Program-made: the position numbers and the translations under genes | The notes under the pieces: generated by a model | What the model was told of the DNA's origin: nothing | Seen by the model: the letters and a program-made list of their open reading frames with translations, nothing else | Database searches by the model: none | Assembly: GCA_048939015.1 (NCBI GenBank) | Contig: JBHLPW010000016.1 | Location: 33,652-80,739 of the forward strand | From: Promethearchaeota archaeon | GTDB lineage: Archaea > Asgardarchaeota > Lokiarchaeia > Sigyniarchaeales > SOKP01 | DNA: 47,088 nt | Direction of reading: 5' to 3' | In this document: piece by piece, positions 7,567-16,374 of the stretch | Numbering within the stretch: position 1 is the first letter of the stretch | Layout: each line of letters begins with the position of its first letter

Positions 7567-10440
7567 TTATTCAATGACTTCCATTTGTTTGTCATGATGT
7601 TCTGGAATCGGTTGAGCTCCACAACTAGCCCCCATCCAGCAGACTAATTGATCTCCTTCTTTATGCATTGCTTGTCCGCAATGCATTGGAAGTTCTTGTT
7701 CTAAACCACATTCCACACATTTTAATTTTCCCATTTTTTTATCCTCTTTTTTTATATTTATATTTTCATTTAATTGATCAACTTTTTCGTCTTCTACAGG
7801 ATTTCTCATCATTAATTTAGGGTTCATAGCATTATAATTTTTGAATTTCTCAGGGTCATGTTTAAAATGAAGTTCACAATTTGGATTGCAAAAATGATAA
7901 ATTTTACTTTTGTATTCATATTCTATTGCTCGTCTAGGATCAATTTCCATGCCGCATACCGGATCTATTACTTTTTCTTGAGAAATTAATAAACGTTCTT
8001 CTTCAATTTGCTGAGGTGTTTTGGGTTCATACCTTTTTAAAAACAAGGCATTTGTTACTACTGAGACCGAACTTGAAGCCATAAATACAGCAGCCAAATA
8101 AGGTGGTAAAAAGAATCCAGTTGCATAAAATAAAACGCCCGCAGCTATAGGTATGCCTATAAGATTATAAATAAAAGCCCAGAATAGATTCGTAATCATT
8201 TTCTTGTATGTTTTTTTTGATAAATTAATAGCTGCAACAACATTTCGAAGATCACCTCTCATTAGAACTATATCTGCTGTTTCAATAGCAATATCAGTTC
8301 CAGAACCAATTGCAATTCCCACGTCTGCTTGTGCTAAAGCAGGCGCATCATTAATACCATCTCCGACCATTCCAACTATTTTGTGATCATTTGAATGCTG
8401 CAAATTTTGAATCGTAAGCGCTTTCTCATTAGGTAAAACTTCTGCAAGAATATTTTCTTCTTTGATATTCAATTGATTGCCAATATTATGAGCTGTTTGT
8501 CTATTATCTCCCGTAATCATATAGATCTCCAATCCTTTTTCTTTTAATTTTTCTAAAGCATATAATGCTTGATCTTTAATCTTGTCTGCTACGCCAATGA
8601 TTCCGCTGATATTGCTTTCAATACTGATTAAAAGAGCTGTTATACCTTGTTGTTGAACTTGATTAAATTTATTAAAGTAGCCATTTATTTTGATATTGTT
8701 CTCATTCATTAATTTTTCATTTCCTATAAGTATATTTTTGTTTTTAATTAGCGCTTTTATGCCTTTACCTGGAAAAGCATTGAATTCACTGGGTTCTTCA
8801 AGTGTCAATCCTCTCTGATTAGCTTCTTCAATTATAGCTAGCCCAAGAGGATGCTCAGATCCCATTTCTGCACTTCCTGCATAATACAGAAGTTCATTTT
8901 CATCAATCCCTTGACCTCTTACATTTTTTTCTGAAATGATCATAGATACTTTAGGTTTTCCAACTGTTAATGTTCCAGTTTTATCAAATACTATTGTGTT
9001 AATAGTATTTATTGCTTCTAATGAATCTCCACCTTTCAAAAGGATCCCATTTTCTGCACCTTTACCAGTTCCAACCATAACAGCTGTAGGGATTGCTAAA
9101 CCCAAAGCACATGGACATGATATGACCACAATAGAAGTAAAAACTAATAATGATAATTCCAATCCAATTTGAGCAATCAAATACCAATATAAAAATGCAC
9201 TTATTGCTATTATAACGACAATAGGTACGAAATAATTACTAACTTTATCTGCTAACCTTTGTTTTGCAGCTTTCTTACTTTGTGCTTCCTTCACAAAATC
9301 TATTATTTGAAATAAAAGTGTTTCCTTACCAACTTTTTCAGTTATTATATGTATTAACCCTGTTTGATTGACTGTCGCACCTATTACTTCACTGTCAATT
9401 TCTTTCTTTACGTATCTACTTTCACCTGTTATCATAGATTCATCAATTTTTGTCTTACCTTTGATTACTTTGCCATCCACAGGTACTTTTTCACCAGGTC
9501 TTACAATTAATATATCTCCTACTTCAATTTCCTCAATGGGGATTTCAATTTCTTTCCCACCTTTTAATAGTGTGGCTGTTTTTGGTTGTAAACCAATTAA
9601 TTTTTTAATTGCTTCTGATGTCTGTCCTTTAGTTTTATGTTCAAAATATTTCCCTATTAGCAAAAAGGTTAATATCATACTCATCGCTTCATAAAAGGTC
9701 TTACCTTCAATCAAAAAGGTTGTTAATATTGAATAAACTAAAGCGGTAGTAGTTCCTAGTGCAACTAGGACATCCATGTTGGTAGATTTATTTCTTAATG
9801 ATTTGTACGCTCCTATTAAAAAGAAGGAACCGGCAATCATATAATTAACCATTGCGAGGATAAACAATAAAATATTTCTTATAAATGATGCTTCTACAAA
9901 CCAACTTATTGGTGTAATTATTAATGTGAATATAAAAGATATTATTAAAATTCGAAGTCGATATCTCATTTCTTTTTTGTGTTTTTCGATCTCCTTATCC
10001 ATTACCCCAGCTGTCTTCTCAATTGTGTAACCTTGTTTTTTAATATGGGCAAAAATTTTATTTTCATCTAATAACAATTCATTAAATTCAATAAATAATT
10101 TACTTGCCTTGAAATTGCCTCTTACATCGTAAATTCCGTTTATCTCTTTTACTTTCTTTACAAGGTCACCAAATTCTTCTTCATTTAGGGTATCTATTAT
10201 TTTAAGATCTATTTTAGCTAATGAAGATTTATAACCTAAATCATAAATCGCTTTATTAAAATTAGTATAATTAGTAATTTTTGGATTGTATTCCACGGTT
10301 GCCTCCTCGTTAGCAAAATTTACTACTGAGTTATTTACTCCATCCAAACCTTTTAATTTAGTTTCAATTTTATAAGCACAGTTTGCACACGTCATTCCAC
10401 TAAGCTTTATTTTAACTTTTTCAACAGATTCTGATTCTAT
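7567..10440 (-). CDS. copA: Cu+-exporting P1B-1 ATPase with an N-terminal HMA domain, a degenerate second HMA, a C-terminal YHS domain and an extra Cys/His-rich domain
   Basis: Motifs GMTCANC, TGES, CPC, DKTGT, SEHPL, GDGINDAP, YN, MASSS and DPVCGM..FCNPNC (YHS). Start extended from 10395 to the ATA at 10440 to complete the HMA beta1 strand. Confidence 0.95.
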   Translation of the reverse strand: MESESVEKVKIKLSGMTCANCAYKIETKLKGLDGVNNSVVNFANEEATVEYNPKITNYTNFNKAIYDLGYKSSLAKIDLKIIDTLNEEEFGDLVKKVKEINGIYDVRGNFKASKLFIEFNELLLDENKIFAHIKKQGYTIEKTAGVMDKEIEKHKKEMRYRLRILIISFIFTLIITPISWFVEASFIRNILLFILAMVNYMIAGSFFLIGAYKSLRNKSTNMDVLVALGTTTALVYSILTTFLIEGKTFYEAMSMILTFLLIGKYFEHKTKGQTSEAIKKLIGLQPKTATLLKGGKEIEIPIEEIEVGDILIVRPGEKVPVDGKVIKGKTKIDESMITGESRYVKKEIDSEVIGATVNQTGLIHIITEKVGKETLLFQIIDFVKEAQSKKAAKQRLADKVSNYFVPIVVIIAISAFLYWYLIAQIGLELSLLVFTSIVVISCPCALGLAIPTAVMVGTGKGAENGILLKGGDSLEAINTINTIVFDKTGTLTVGKPKVSMIISEKNVRGQGIDENELLYYAGSAEMGSEHPLGLAIIEEANQRGLTLEEPSEFNAFPGKGIKALIKNKNILIGNEKLMNENNIKINGYFNKFNQVQQQGITALLISIESNISGIIGVADKIKDQALYALEKLKEKGLEIYMITGDNRQTAHNIGNQLNIKEENILAEVLPNEKALTIQNLQHSNDHKIVGMVGDGINDAPALAQADVGIAIGSGTDIAIETADIVLMRGDLRNVVAAINLSKKTYKKMITNLFWAFIYNLIGIPIAAGVLFYATGFFLPPYLAAVFMASSSVSVVTNALFLKRYEPKTPQQIEEERLLISQEKVIDPVCGMEIDPRRAIEYEYKSKIYHFCNPNCELHFKHDPEKFKNYNAMNPKLMMRNPVEDEKVDQLNENINIKKEDKKMGKLKCVECGLEQELPMHCGQAMHKEGDQLVCWMGASCGAQPIPEHHDKQMEVIE

Positions 10441-10444
10441 TTAG

Positions 10445-10451
10445 ATCACCT
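10445..10451 (-). promoter_or_regulatory. Shine-Dalgarno site AGGTGAT of copA
   Basis: 4 nt upstream of the in-frame ATA at 10440. Confidence 0.7.
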
Positions 10452-10644
10452 TTAGCTCTAATGAATAAGTACAATGTTCAGTTATTATAGATTCGGCTTA
10501 TATTTTGAAAACATTTTGAATTTTTTAGTTCTATATTAAATTCAATTGAGCTCAAATTGTTATCAGAACTAAAATTTAAGTAGAATTAAAATTTAAAAAA
10601 TTAGGATGTAATGATTTGGGCATAATAACTCTGGTTATCAGAAA

Positions 10645-11025
10645 TCATATCTTTTTCTCACGATAAACTCTAATTGCCTCTTTCAATCCATCAGCAACCA
10701 TTAAACTACAATGAATTTTAGGTTCAGGTAATCCATCTAAAGCTTTAACGATTTCCATCTTCGTAATTTTTTCTGCTTCATTTAAAGATTTACCTTTAGC
10801 CATCTCTGTAGCAATACTTGAAGAAGCTATAGCAGCGGCGCAACCAAAAGTCTGGAAAGTTATTTCATCTATTATTTTCTCGCCGCCTTTTTCTTTTACT
10901 TTGATATACACATTGATATAGTCACCGCACTCTAGAGAGCCGGCTTCTCCAATTGCATCAGCATCTTTCATTTCACCCATATTTCGCGGATTTTTGAAGT
11001 GTTCCATAACTTTTTCCGAGTATAT
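10645..11025 (-). CDS. iscU: IscU/NifU-N type Fe-S scaffold (MisU-like)
   Basis: HFKNPRN, ECGD, FQTFGCAAAIASSS and LPEPKIHCS give three conserved Cys. Start extended to the ATA at 11025, giving (M)YSEKVMEHF. Confidence 0.93.
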   Translation of the reverse strand: MYSEKVMEHFKNPRNMGEMKDADAIGEAGSLECGDYINVYIKVKEKGGEKIIDEITFQTFGCAAAIASSSIATEMAKGKSLNEAEKITKMEIVKALDGLPEPKIHCSLMVADGLKEAIRVYREKKI

Positions 11026-11030
11026 GCGTA

Positions 11031-11036
11031 ATCACC
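11031..11036 (-). promoter_or_regulatory. Shine-Dalgarno site GGTGAT of iscU
   Basis: 5 nt upstream of the in-frame ATA at 11025. Confidence 0.7.
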
Positions 11037-11115
11037 ATACCGAATGTGTAATTTTATGAAAAATAATATATTATTACCTTAAAGTTTTATGGGTTTTATC
11101 TTATAACGTAAATCA

Positions 11116-13407
11116 TTAATTCAATATTTGAAGTTTTCTTTTAATAGGTAAAGATACTTTTTCCACACCTAAGCCTTCTACAAACTCTACTACTTCTGTT
11201 AACTTTTTTGCAGATTGATGGAAAAAACAGACCTGTTTTGGTTCAAGCGCTTTAATCATTTCACGTAATTGATTTTTATCAGCATGAAGTTTTATTTTTA
11301 AATGAGGAGCGAATTTATTTAATAACAATGCTCGGAATGGCATTTTCCAAGTTTCGGAAAATTCGATTTCTTCAGCACCTTCTACAAGATCCAAACCAGG
11401 TTGTTCATGAATCGATCCTGCAAGGAACACAAAATTATGAGGATTTCGACCTATAACATTGATTATATTTCTTATCAGCCCATATGAAAGATCTGGAGGA
11501 TGAGATATGATTATATTATTTCTTTTTCGAAGGAAATTTAGATTCGTGTTATCAAACCATCTGAATTTTATACTATTAAACGGATTTGCTTTATCTCTAA
11601 TTAATCTTGAAATTGGACCATAAATGTATTCATAGCGATGGTTTATAACTTGTATATTTTTACGTACCATCATATCTACATATATATTAGGACGTTTCTT
11701 AAATCCACGTCTTAATTGAAGTTTTCTAAAATATCTCCAAAAGATTAACATAAAACTAATAGCTAAACTTGATGGGTCTGCACCAATTAAAGAACTGTCG
11801 CCATATTCTGCCTTTTGCTCTAAGAATAATATTAAACTATGAAACTGATCAGAAATATTTCCATAATCTTCTTGCGCAGCAGTTCCATCTATAAGTAAAT
11901 AATCTATAGGGCGAGATAATTGTTCCAAAAATCGTCTTGTACCTGCAAATGGCGTAATATCAATATAAGTATAATCACCTGTATATAAGAACCTAAAATT
12001 GTTTACTTTTGCTAACATCATTAAAGCACCGGGCATATGGCCCGCATGGAAAAAAGAGAGAAAACAATTCTTTTCTTTGAAGTCGATTTTTGTACCATTT
12101 TCAACATATATTACATTTTTGATTATATTTCGATACTCATCTTCTTCAATTTCTTTGTGAGTTTCTTGTTTTAAAAAACCTGAATCTCTGAGAAGAAATA
12201 AATCTAAAGTAATTCTAGAACTTAAAATCGGCACGTCTGGATATAATTTAATTAATTCTTTTAACCCTGAAATATGATCATAATGACTATGTGATATAAA
12301 TATGGCATCAATCTTTGGATTTTTTGGAATACTTTCCAGAATTACATTATCTTGATCATCTTCTGTAATATTTCTTCTATTTTTTTCTTGTTCCAAAAGG
12401 TATTGTGGTAAATTTAGAATATAATCTTCAATATGCTGTATATCCCCCTCTATTTCATTTTCTTCATCTTTTTCTGAAAGACCGCAATCCAATAATATAT
12501 TGAGATTCCCTAATCCTAAAATATGACAATTATGGTTTGGTTTAAGGACAATAGGATATATTGTTACTCTAATTTCATTATCTTTCGAATCATTCGTAAG
12601 AGATACTTCAGAAAAATAATCGACATCAAATTTGTTTTCTATTTTATCAATTGCGATGCAAAGTTCACTTTCTCCTACAGGAACTCCAGTGATATAAAAG
12701 TACCATCCATATTTTTTTACTAAATTCTCTAGATTTTCATACATTTCATCACCCACTAAAGACTTAAGAACTATTACCTTATCCTTTTGATAATAGATTA
12801 TTTTTCGAATGCTTTTTTTTTCCTCAATTGGAACGAGTTTATCCTTGAGGAAGAAATTATCAAGAAATTCTTTTATGGGAGTCTGAGGTAATTCATTTGA
12901 TTTAATTATTTTTAGATAATGATTATATTCTTTAGTTTTGTACAATGGTCTCATATTTTCTTTTTGTTTTAAAGAAATAGGACCATCTTCAAAATAATAT
13001 TCCTCTCTACTTATGGTCTTTTCTACTTTTGATACCTCTTTTTTTTTAGGTTTTTTCTTTTTAGATTGCTTTATTGGTTTTTCTATGAAAAAGAACCATC
13101 CATAATCTTTTATTAATCTATCTCGATTTACTATAATTTCTTTACCATGATCGGTAATAATTATAAGGATTCTAGCTTTTTGACAATAAATAATCTTAGA
13201 AATGGAGTTTTTTGTTTTATCTGAAATACTTTTATTATCGTTAAAAAAATGATTTACTACATCTTTTATATCTTTTTGAGGAATTTTTTTGCTTTCCATG
13301 AAGTTGAGTTTACTTTTGTAAGTATTAATTTTATATGAAGAGCTTATATTTTCTTTATTTTCAAGTAAAACAGTTTTATCTGAAAATTTATATTCCTCAT
13401 TAATCAT
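11116..13407 (-). CDS. MBL-fold beta-CASP ribonuclease (aCPSF/CPSF73-like) with a duplicated N-terminal domain
   Basis: MBL motifs LLDCG, SHSHYDH, AGHMPG and YTGD, plus beta-CASP motifs IDGT, LHAD and FFHQ (His at motif C is typical of RNA-acting members). Confidence 0.88.
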   Translation of the reverse strand: MINEEYKFSDKTVLLENKENISSSYKINTYKSKLNFMESKKIPQKDIKDVVNHFFNDNKSISDKTKNSISKIIYCQKARILIIITDHGKEIIVNRDRLIKDYGWFFFIEKPIKQSKKKKPKKKEVSKVEKTISREEYYFEDGPISLKQKENMRPLYKTKEYNHYLKIIKSNELPQTPIKEFLDNFFLKDKLVPIEEKKSIRKIIYYQKDKVIVLKSLVGDEMYENLENLVKKYGWYFYITGVPVGESELCIAIDKIENKFDVDYFSEVSLTNDSKDNEIRVTIYPIVLKPNHNCHILGLGNLNILLDCGLSEKDEENEIEGDIQHIEDYILNLPQYLLEQEKNRRNITEDDQDNVILESIPKNPKIDAIFISHSHYDHISGLKELIKLYPDVPILSSRITLDLFLLRDSGFLKQETHKEIEEDEYRNIIKNVIYVENGTKIDFKEKNCFLSFFHAGHMPGALMMLAKVNNFRFLYTGDYTYIDITPFAGTRRFLEQLSRPIDYLLIDGTAAQEDYGNISDQFHSLILFLEQKAEYGDSSLIGADPSSLAISFMLIFWRYFRKLQLRRGFKKRPNIYVDMMVRKNIQVINHRYEYIYGPISRLIRDKANPFNSIKFRWFDNTNLNFLRKRNNIIISHPPDLSYGLIRNIINVIGRNPHNFVFLAGSIHEQPGLDLVEGAEEIEFSETWKMPFRALLLNKFAPHLKIKLHADKNQLREMIKALEPKQVCFFHQSAKKLTEVVEFVEGLGVEKVSLPIKRKLQILN
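12691..13398 (-). repeat. Tandem duplication of a ~105-aa domain (aa 4-108 and 135-239) in the beta-CASP protein
   Basis: Gapless alignment at an offset of 131 aa, ~40/105 identities by hand count (EEY.F.D, KEN, PQ..IK, SI.KIIY.QK, K.YGW.F.I), with a Lys-rich linker. Confidence 0.9.
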
Positions 13408-13510
13408 TAAATAGAAGAAAACACCTTCTACAAAAATCCTTTCGAATTTTTAATTTTAAATATTATTCGACTTTAGTGCTCTTCTTGAGGTGGAACATCA
13501 AATAAAGATA

Positions 13511-14701
13511 CTATGACTTTTTTATTGGAGAAATCTTTCTTAATCTTTCAATTACCCCAGGTAGTTTCTCTAAAAAGTAATCTACATCTTCTTTAGTTGT
13601 AAAGCGTCCTAAAGAGACTCTCAAAGTACCATGAGCTTCCTTAGATTTTAAACCAATAGCTAATAATACATGTGATGGATCGAGTGATTTTGAAGAGCAA
13701 GCAGAACCAGTAGAGGTAGCAATTCCTTCCGTATCTAAATCTAACACAATCGATTCTCCCTCAACATATTTGAATCCTAAATTAACATTATTTGGAAGTC
13801 TTTGAGTAGGATGTCCATTCAAAAATGAATCTTCAATATTTTCTGTTACCCATTTTATAATCTTATCTCTTAATTTTATCTGTCTTTGAGATTCAACTTC
13901 CATTTCTTCTTTAGCTAGTTCTACTGCTTTAGCAAAACCAGCAATCCCTGGTACATTTACAGTACTTGGTCTCATATCCCTTTCATGACCTCCACCATAC
14001 ATCAGTGGTTCAATATACTTTCCCCACCCCTCTCTTTCTCCTTTATTCCGTATGTATATCAAACCTACACCTTTGGGACCATAAATTTTATGTGCTGAGG
14101 CAGATAACAAATCAATATTCATATCATCTACATCTATTGGAACTTTTCCGAATGCCTGAACAGCATCGGTATGAAAGATAACATCATTTTTCTTTGCTAT
14201 AGCTCCAATCTCTTTTATCGGTTCAATTGTACCAATTTCGTTATTAGCAAACATTATACTAATTAGAATTGTTTTATTTGTTATCGAATTCTCTAAATCT
14301 TTTGTATTAATTAGTCCGTATTTATCAACAGGTAAAAATGTAAGTTCAAATCCTCTCTTTTCTAATTCTTTATAAGGATTTTCTACCGCATGATGTTCTA
14401 TTGATGTTGTAATTATATGATTTCCTCTTTCCTTATTTTTAAAAGCTACACCAAAAATAGCAGTATTATCAGCTTCTGTCCCTGAAGAAGTAAAATAAAT
14501 TTCATCTCTTTTCGCATTTATTAGTGAAGCTATCGTTTCACGTGATTTTAACAATACTTGCCCGGCTTTTTGACCTATTGAATGTAGACTGGAGGAATTT
14601 CCATAAGTTTCCTTAAAATGTTTGTTAATTTCTTCAATAACTCTAGGATCCATGGGAGTAGTTGCAGCATTGTCAAGGTATATATATTTAGAATCACTCA
14701 T
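13511..14701 (-). CDS. iscS: Group I cysteine desulfurase (IscS/NifS, MisS-like)
   Basis: YLDNAATT, HTDAVQ, SAHKIYGPKG (PLP Lys) and STGSACSS (catalytic Cys). Confidence 0.96.
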   Translation of the reverse strand: MSDSKYIYLDNAATTPMDPRVIEEINKHFKETYGNSSSLHSIGQKAGQVLLKSRETIASLINAKRDEIYFTSSGTEADNTAIFGVAFKNKERGNHIITTSIEHHAVENPYKELEKRGFELTFLPVDKYGLINTKDLENSITNKTILISIMFANNEIGTIEPIKEIGAIAKKNDVIFHTDAVQAFGKVPIDVDDMNIDLLSASAHKIYGPKGVGLIYIRNKGEREGWGKYIEPLMYGGGHERDMRPSTVNVPGIAGFAKAVELAKEEMEVESQRQIKLRDKIIKWVTENIEDSFLNGHPTQRLPNNVNLGFKYVEGESIVLDLDTEGIATSTGSACSSKSLDPSHVLLAIGLKSKEAHGTLRVSLGRFTTKEDVDYFLEKLPGVIERLRKISPIKKS

Positions 14702-14854
14702 ATTTAGTCTTAAGCCTAAAATATTTGGTTAATCTAATTAAATAATTAGAATGATTAAATTTTTAATTATTTTCATTAGTTTTTATAAACAAAGTTAATT
14801 TTTCATACATTAAGAATTATTTTAACTTCTTAAAACATAATTTAAAATATTATA

Positions 14855-15367
14855 ATGAATGATAAAAAATCCAATAATGAAACTATTGATCTAATTGTAG
14901 AACATGAACTCCTTGGAGTTACTCCTGAAATGATTGATTGGTGGTGGGATCATATTGATAATTCAAAACGCTATAGGTTATGGCATCCTGAAGACCATAA
15001 ATCATTTAAGTGGGAAGTCTCTCCTGAAGATGTGAATGGTCATGTAGGAGCAATTCAACGCGTAGTTGAAACAATTGAAGGAAGACCAACAACGTTAAGA
15101 ATTCGATGGGAAGATCCTAATTCAATACCCATAAAAGCGGAGTTTAAGCATAAAAATGCTGGATCTGTTTTAAATGATAAAGATAAACCGATGAGTTGGG
15201 TTTTACATGAATATTACTCGATTCCTGATGGGACTTTTTTACGATCAACATTTCGTTTACCAGCAATAATCCCAAATTCTTTCATAGAGCATTTACGAAA
15301 ACATAATAAAGAAGAAATAGGATATTTTACTGTATTTTTGCCAAAATTATATGAACAAGGAAGGTGA
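14855..15367 (+). CDS. DAPG hydrolase (PhlG)-like, Bet v1-fold metal-dependent hydrolase
   Basis: GVTPEMIDWWW and RYRLWHPEDH motifs, a conserved Glu (VVETIEG), and a C-terminal HNKEE metal-ligand pattern. Confidence 0.75.
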   Translation: MNDKKSNNETIDLIVEHELLGVTPEMIDWWWDHIDNSKRYRLWHPEDHKSFKWEVSPEDVNGHVGAIQRVVETIEGRPTTLRIRWEDPNSIPIKAEFKHKNAGSVLNDKDKPMSWVLHEYYSIPDGTFLRSTFRLPAIIPNSFIEHLRKHNKEEIGYFTVFLPKLYEQGR

Positions 15368-15377
15368 CTGTAGCAAT

Positions 15378-15929
15378 ATGAAACTTATGTGGGGTATGAC
15401 TGGAACGGGTTATGTTCTTCAAGAATCCATTGATTTAATGAAAGAATTACAAGAGGATTTCAACGTAGATTTAACTGTTATTCTATCAAAAGAAGGAGCT
15501 GCTGTGGTTAAGTGGTATAAAAAGTGGTTAGCACTTACTGATACTGTTAAAAAGGTAAAAATTGAAAAAACTCCTAATATACCTTTTTATGCAGGACCTC
15601 TACAACTTGGAAACTATGATTTATTTCTTGCTTGCCCAGTTTCTGCGAATAGTGTTGCTAAAATTGTTTATGGTATTGCAGATACTTTAATAACTAATTG
15701 TGTGGCTCAAGCAATTAAAGGTGGTCAAACTGTTTATATCTTTCCATCAGATCAAGATACTGAGCCAATAGTTACTTCTCGACCTGATGGTTCGCCCCTT
15801 ATTCTAAAAATAAGAGATATTGAAATAGAAAATATACAAAAATTAAAACATATGGAAGGAATTTTTGTTATAGAGAAGTTTGAAGACATCAGAAATATAA
15901 TTTTAAAGAAAATTGAAGAATATGGTTAA
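15378..15929 (+). CDS. afpA: Archaeal flavoprotein AfpA family (HFCD-like FMN-binding; related to DmrX)
   Basis: MKLMWGMTGTG, PVSANSVAKIVYGIADTLITNCVAQAIKG and PSDQ. ATG at 15378 follows the SD AGGTGA. Confidence 0.75.
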   Translation: MKLMWGMTGTGYVLQESIDLMKELQEDFNVDLTVILSKEGAAVVKWYKKWLALTDTVKKVKIEKTPNIPFYAGPLQLGNYDLFLACPVSANSVAKIVYGIADTLITNCVAQAIKGGQTVYIFPSDQDTEPIVTSRPDGSPLILKIRDIEIENIQKLKHMEGIFVIEKFEDIRNIILKKIEEYG

Positions 15930-15933
15930 AAAT

Positions 15934-16374
15934 TTAGGCTTCAAACTTTACAGGTTGAATTGCTCCTTCCGGGCAGAGAATAGAGCACTTTAAACAACCT
16001 TGACACTTTGCAATTTCTCTATACTTGTACCTGATTCCTTCTTCTTCCTTCCCTACTTTTTTTACAAAATCTTTATAAAAAAGATTTTTAGGACAGAATT
16101 TACCTTCTTCTTCAAGGCATTTCTCACACATTGAACATAATTCATGGTCAATCTTGATACTTACAATTTGATCTGGAGCTGTTATCGAGGTTACTTCAAT
16201 CGCATTCCTGGGACAGACTTGAACACAATTCAAACAAGCTTTGCATCGCATGTAATCCACCTTTCTAATTCCATGTTCAAAATAGATAGCTTTAGCCTTA
16301 CATGCTCGTAAGCACCGCTCACATTTTAGACATAATTCTTGATCAATTTGAACAGGTATAAATTTCTCTTTAAT
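15934..16374 (-). CDS. Polyferredoxin with four [4Fe-4S] motifs (~146 aa)
   Basis: CLKCERCLRAC (upstream of the tracked start), CKACLNCVQVCP, CSMCEKC..FCP and CQGCLKCSILCP. The frame is open to the TAA at 16381-16383; proposed ATT start at 16374. Confidence 0.88.
   Translation of the reverse strand: MKEKFIPVQIDQELCLKCERCLRACKAKAIYFEHGIRKVDYMRCKACLNCVQVCPRNAIEVTSITAPDQIVSIKIDHELCSMCEKCLEEEGKFCPKNLFYKDFVKKVGKEEEGIRYKYREIAKCQGCLKCSILCPEGAIQPVKFEA

Noticed and set aside
10645-11025. Genetic-code reassignment of ATA to Met
   Set aside because: Internal ATA encodes a conserved Ile (IscU GCAAA-I-ASS), and conserved Met residues (CopA GMTC, subtilase GTSM) use ATG. The effect is limited to initiation.
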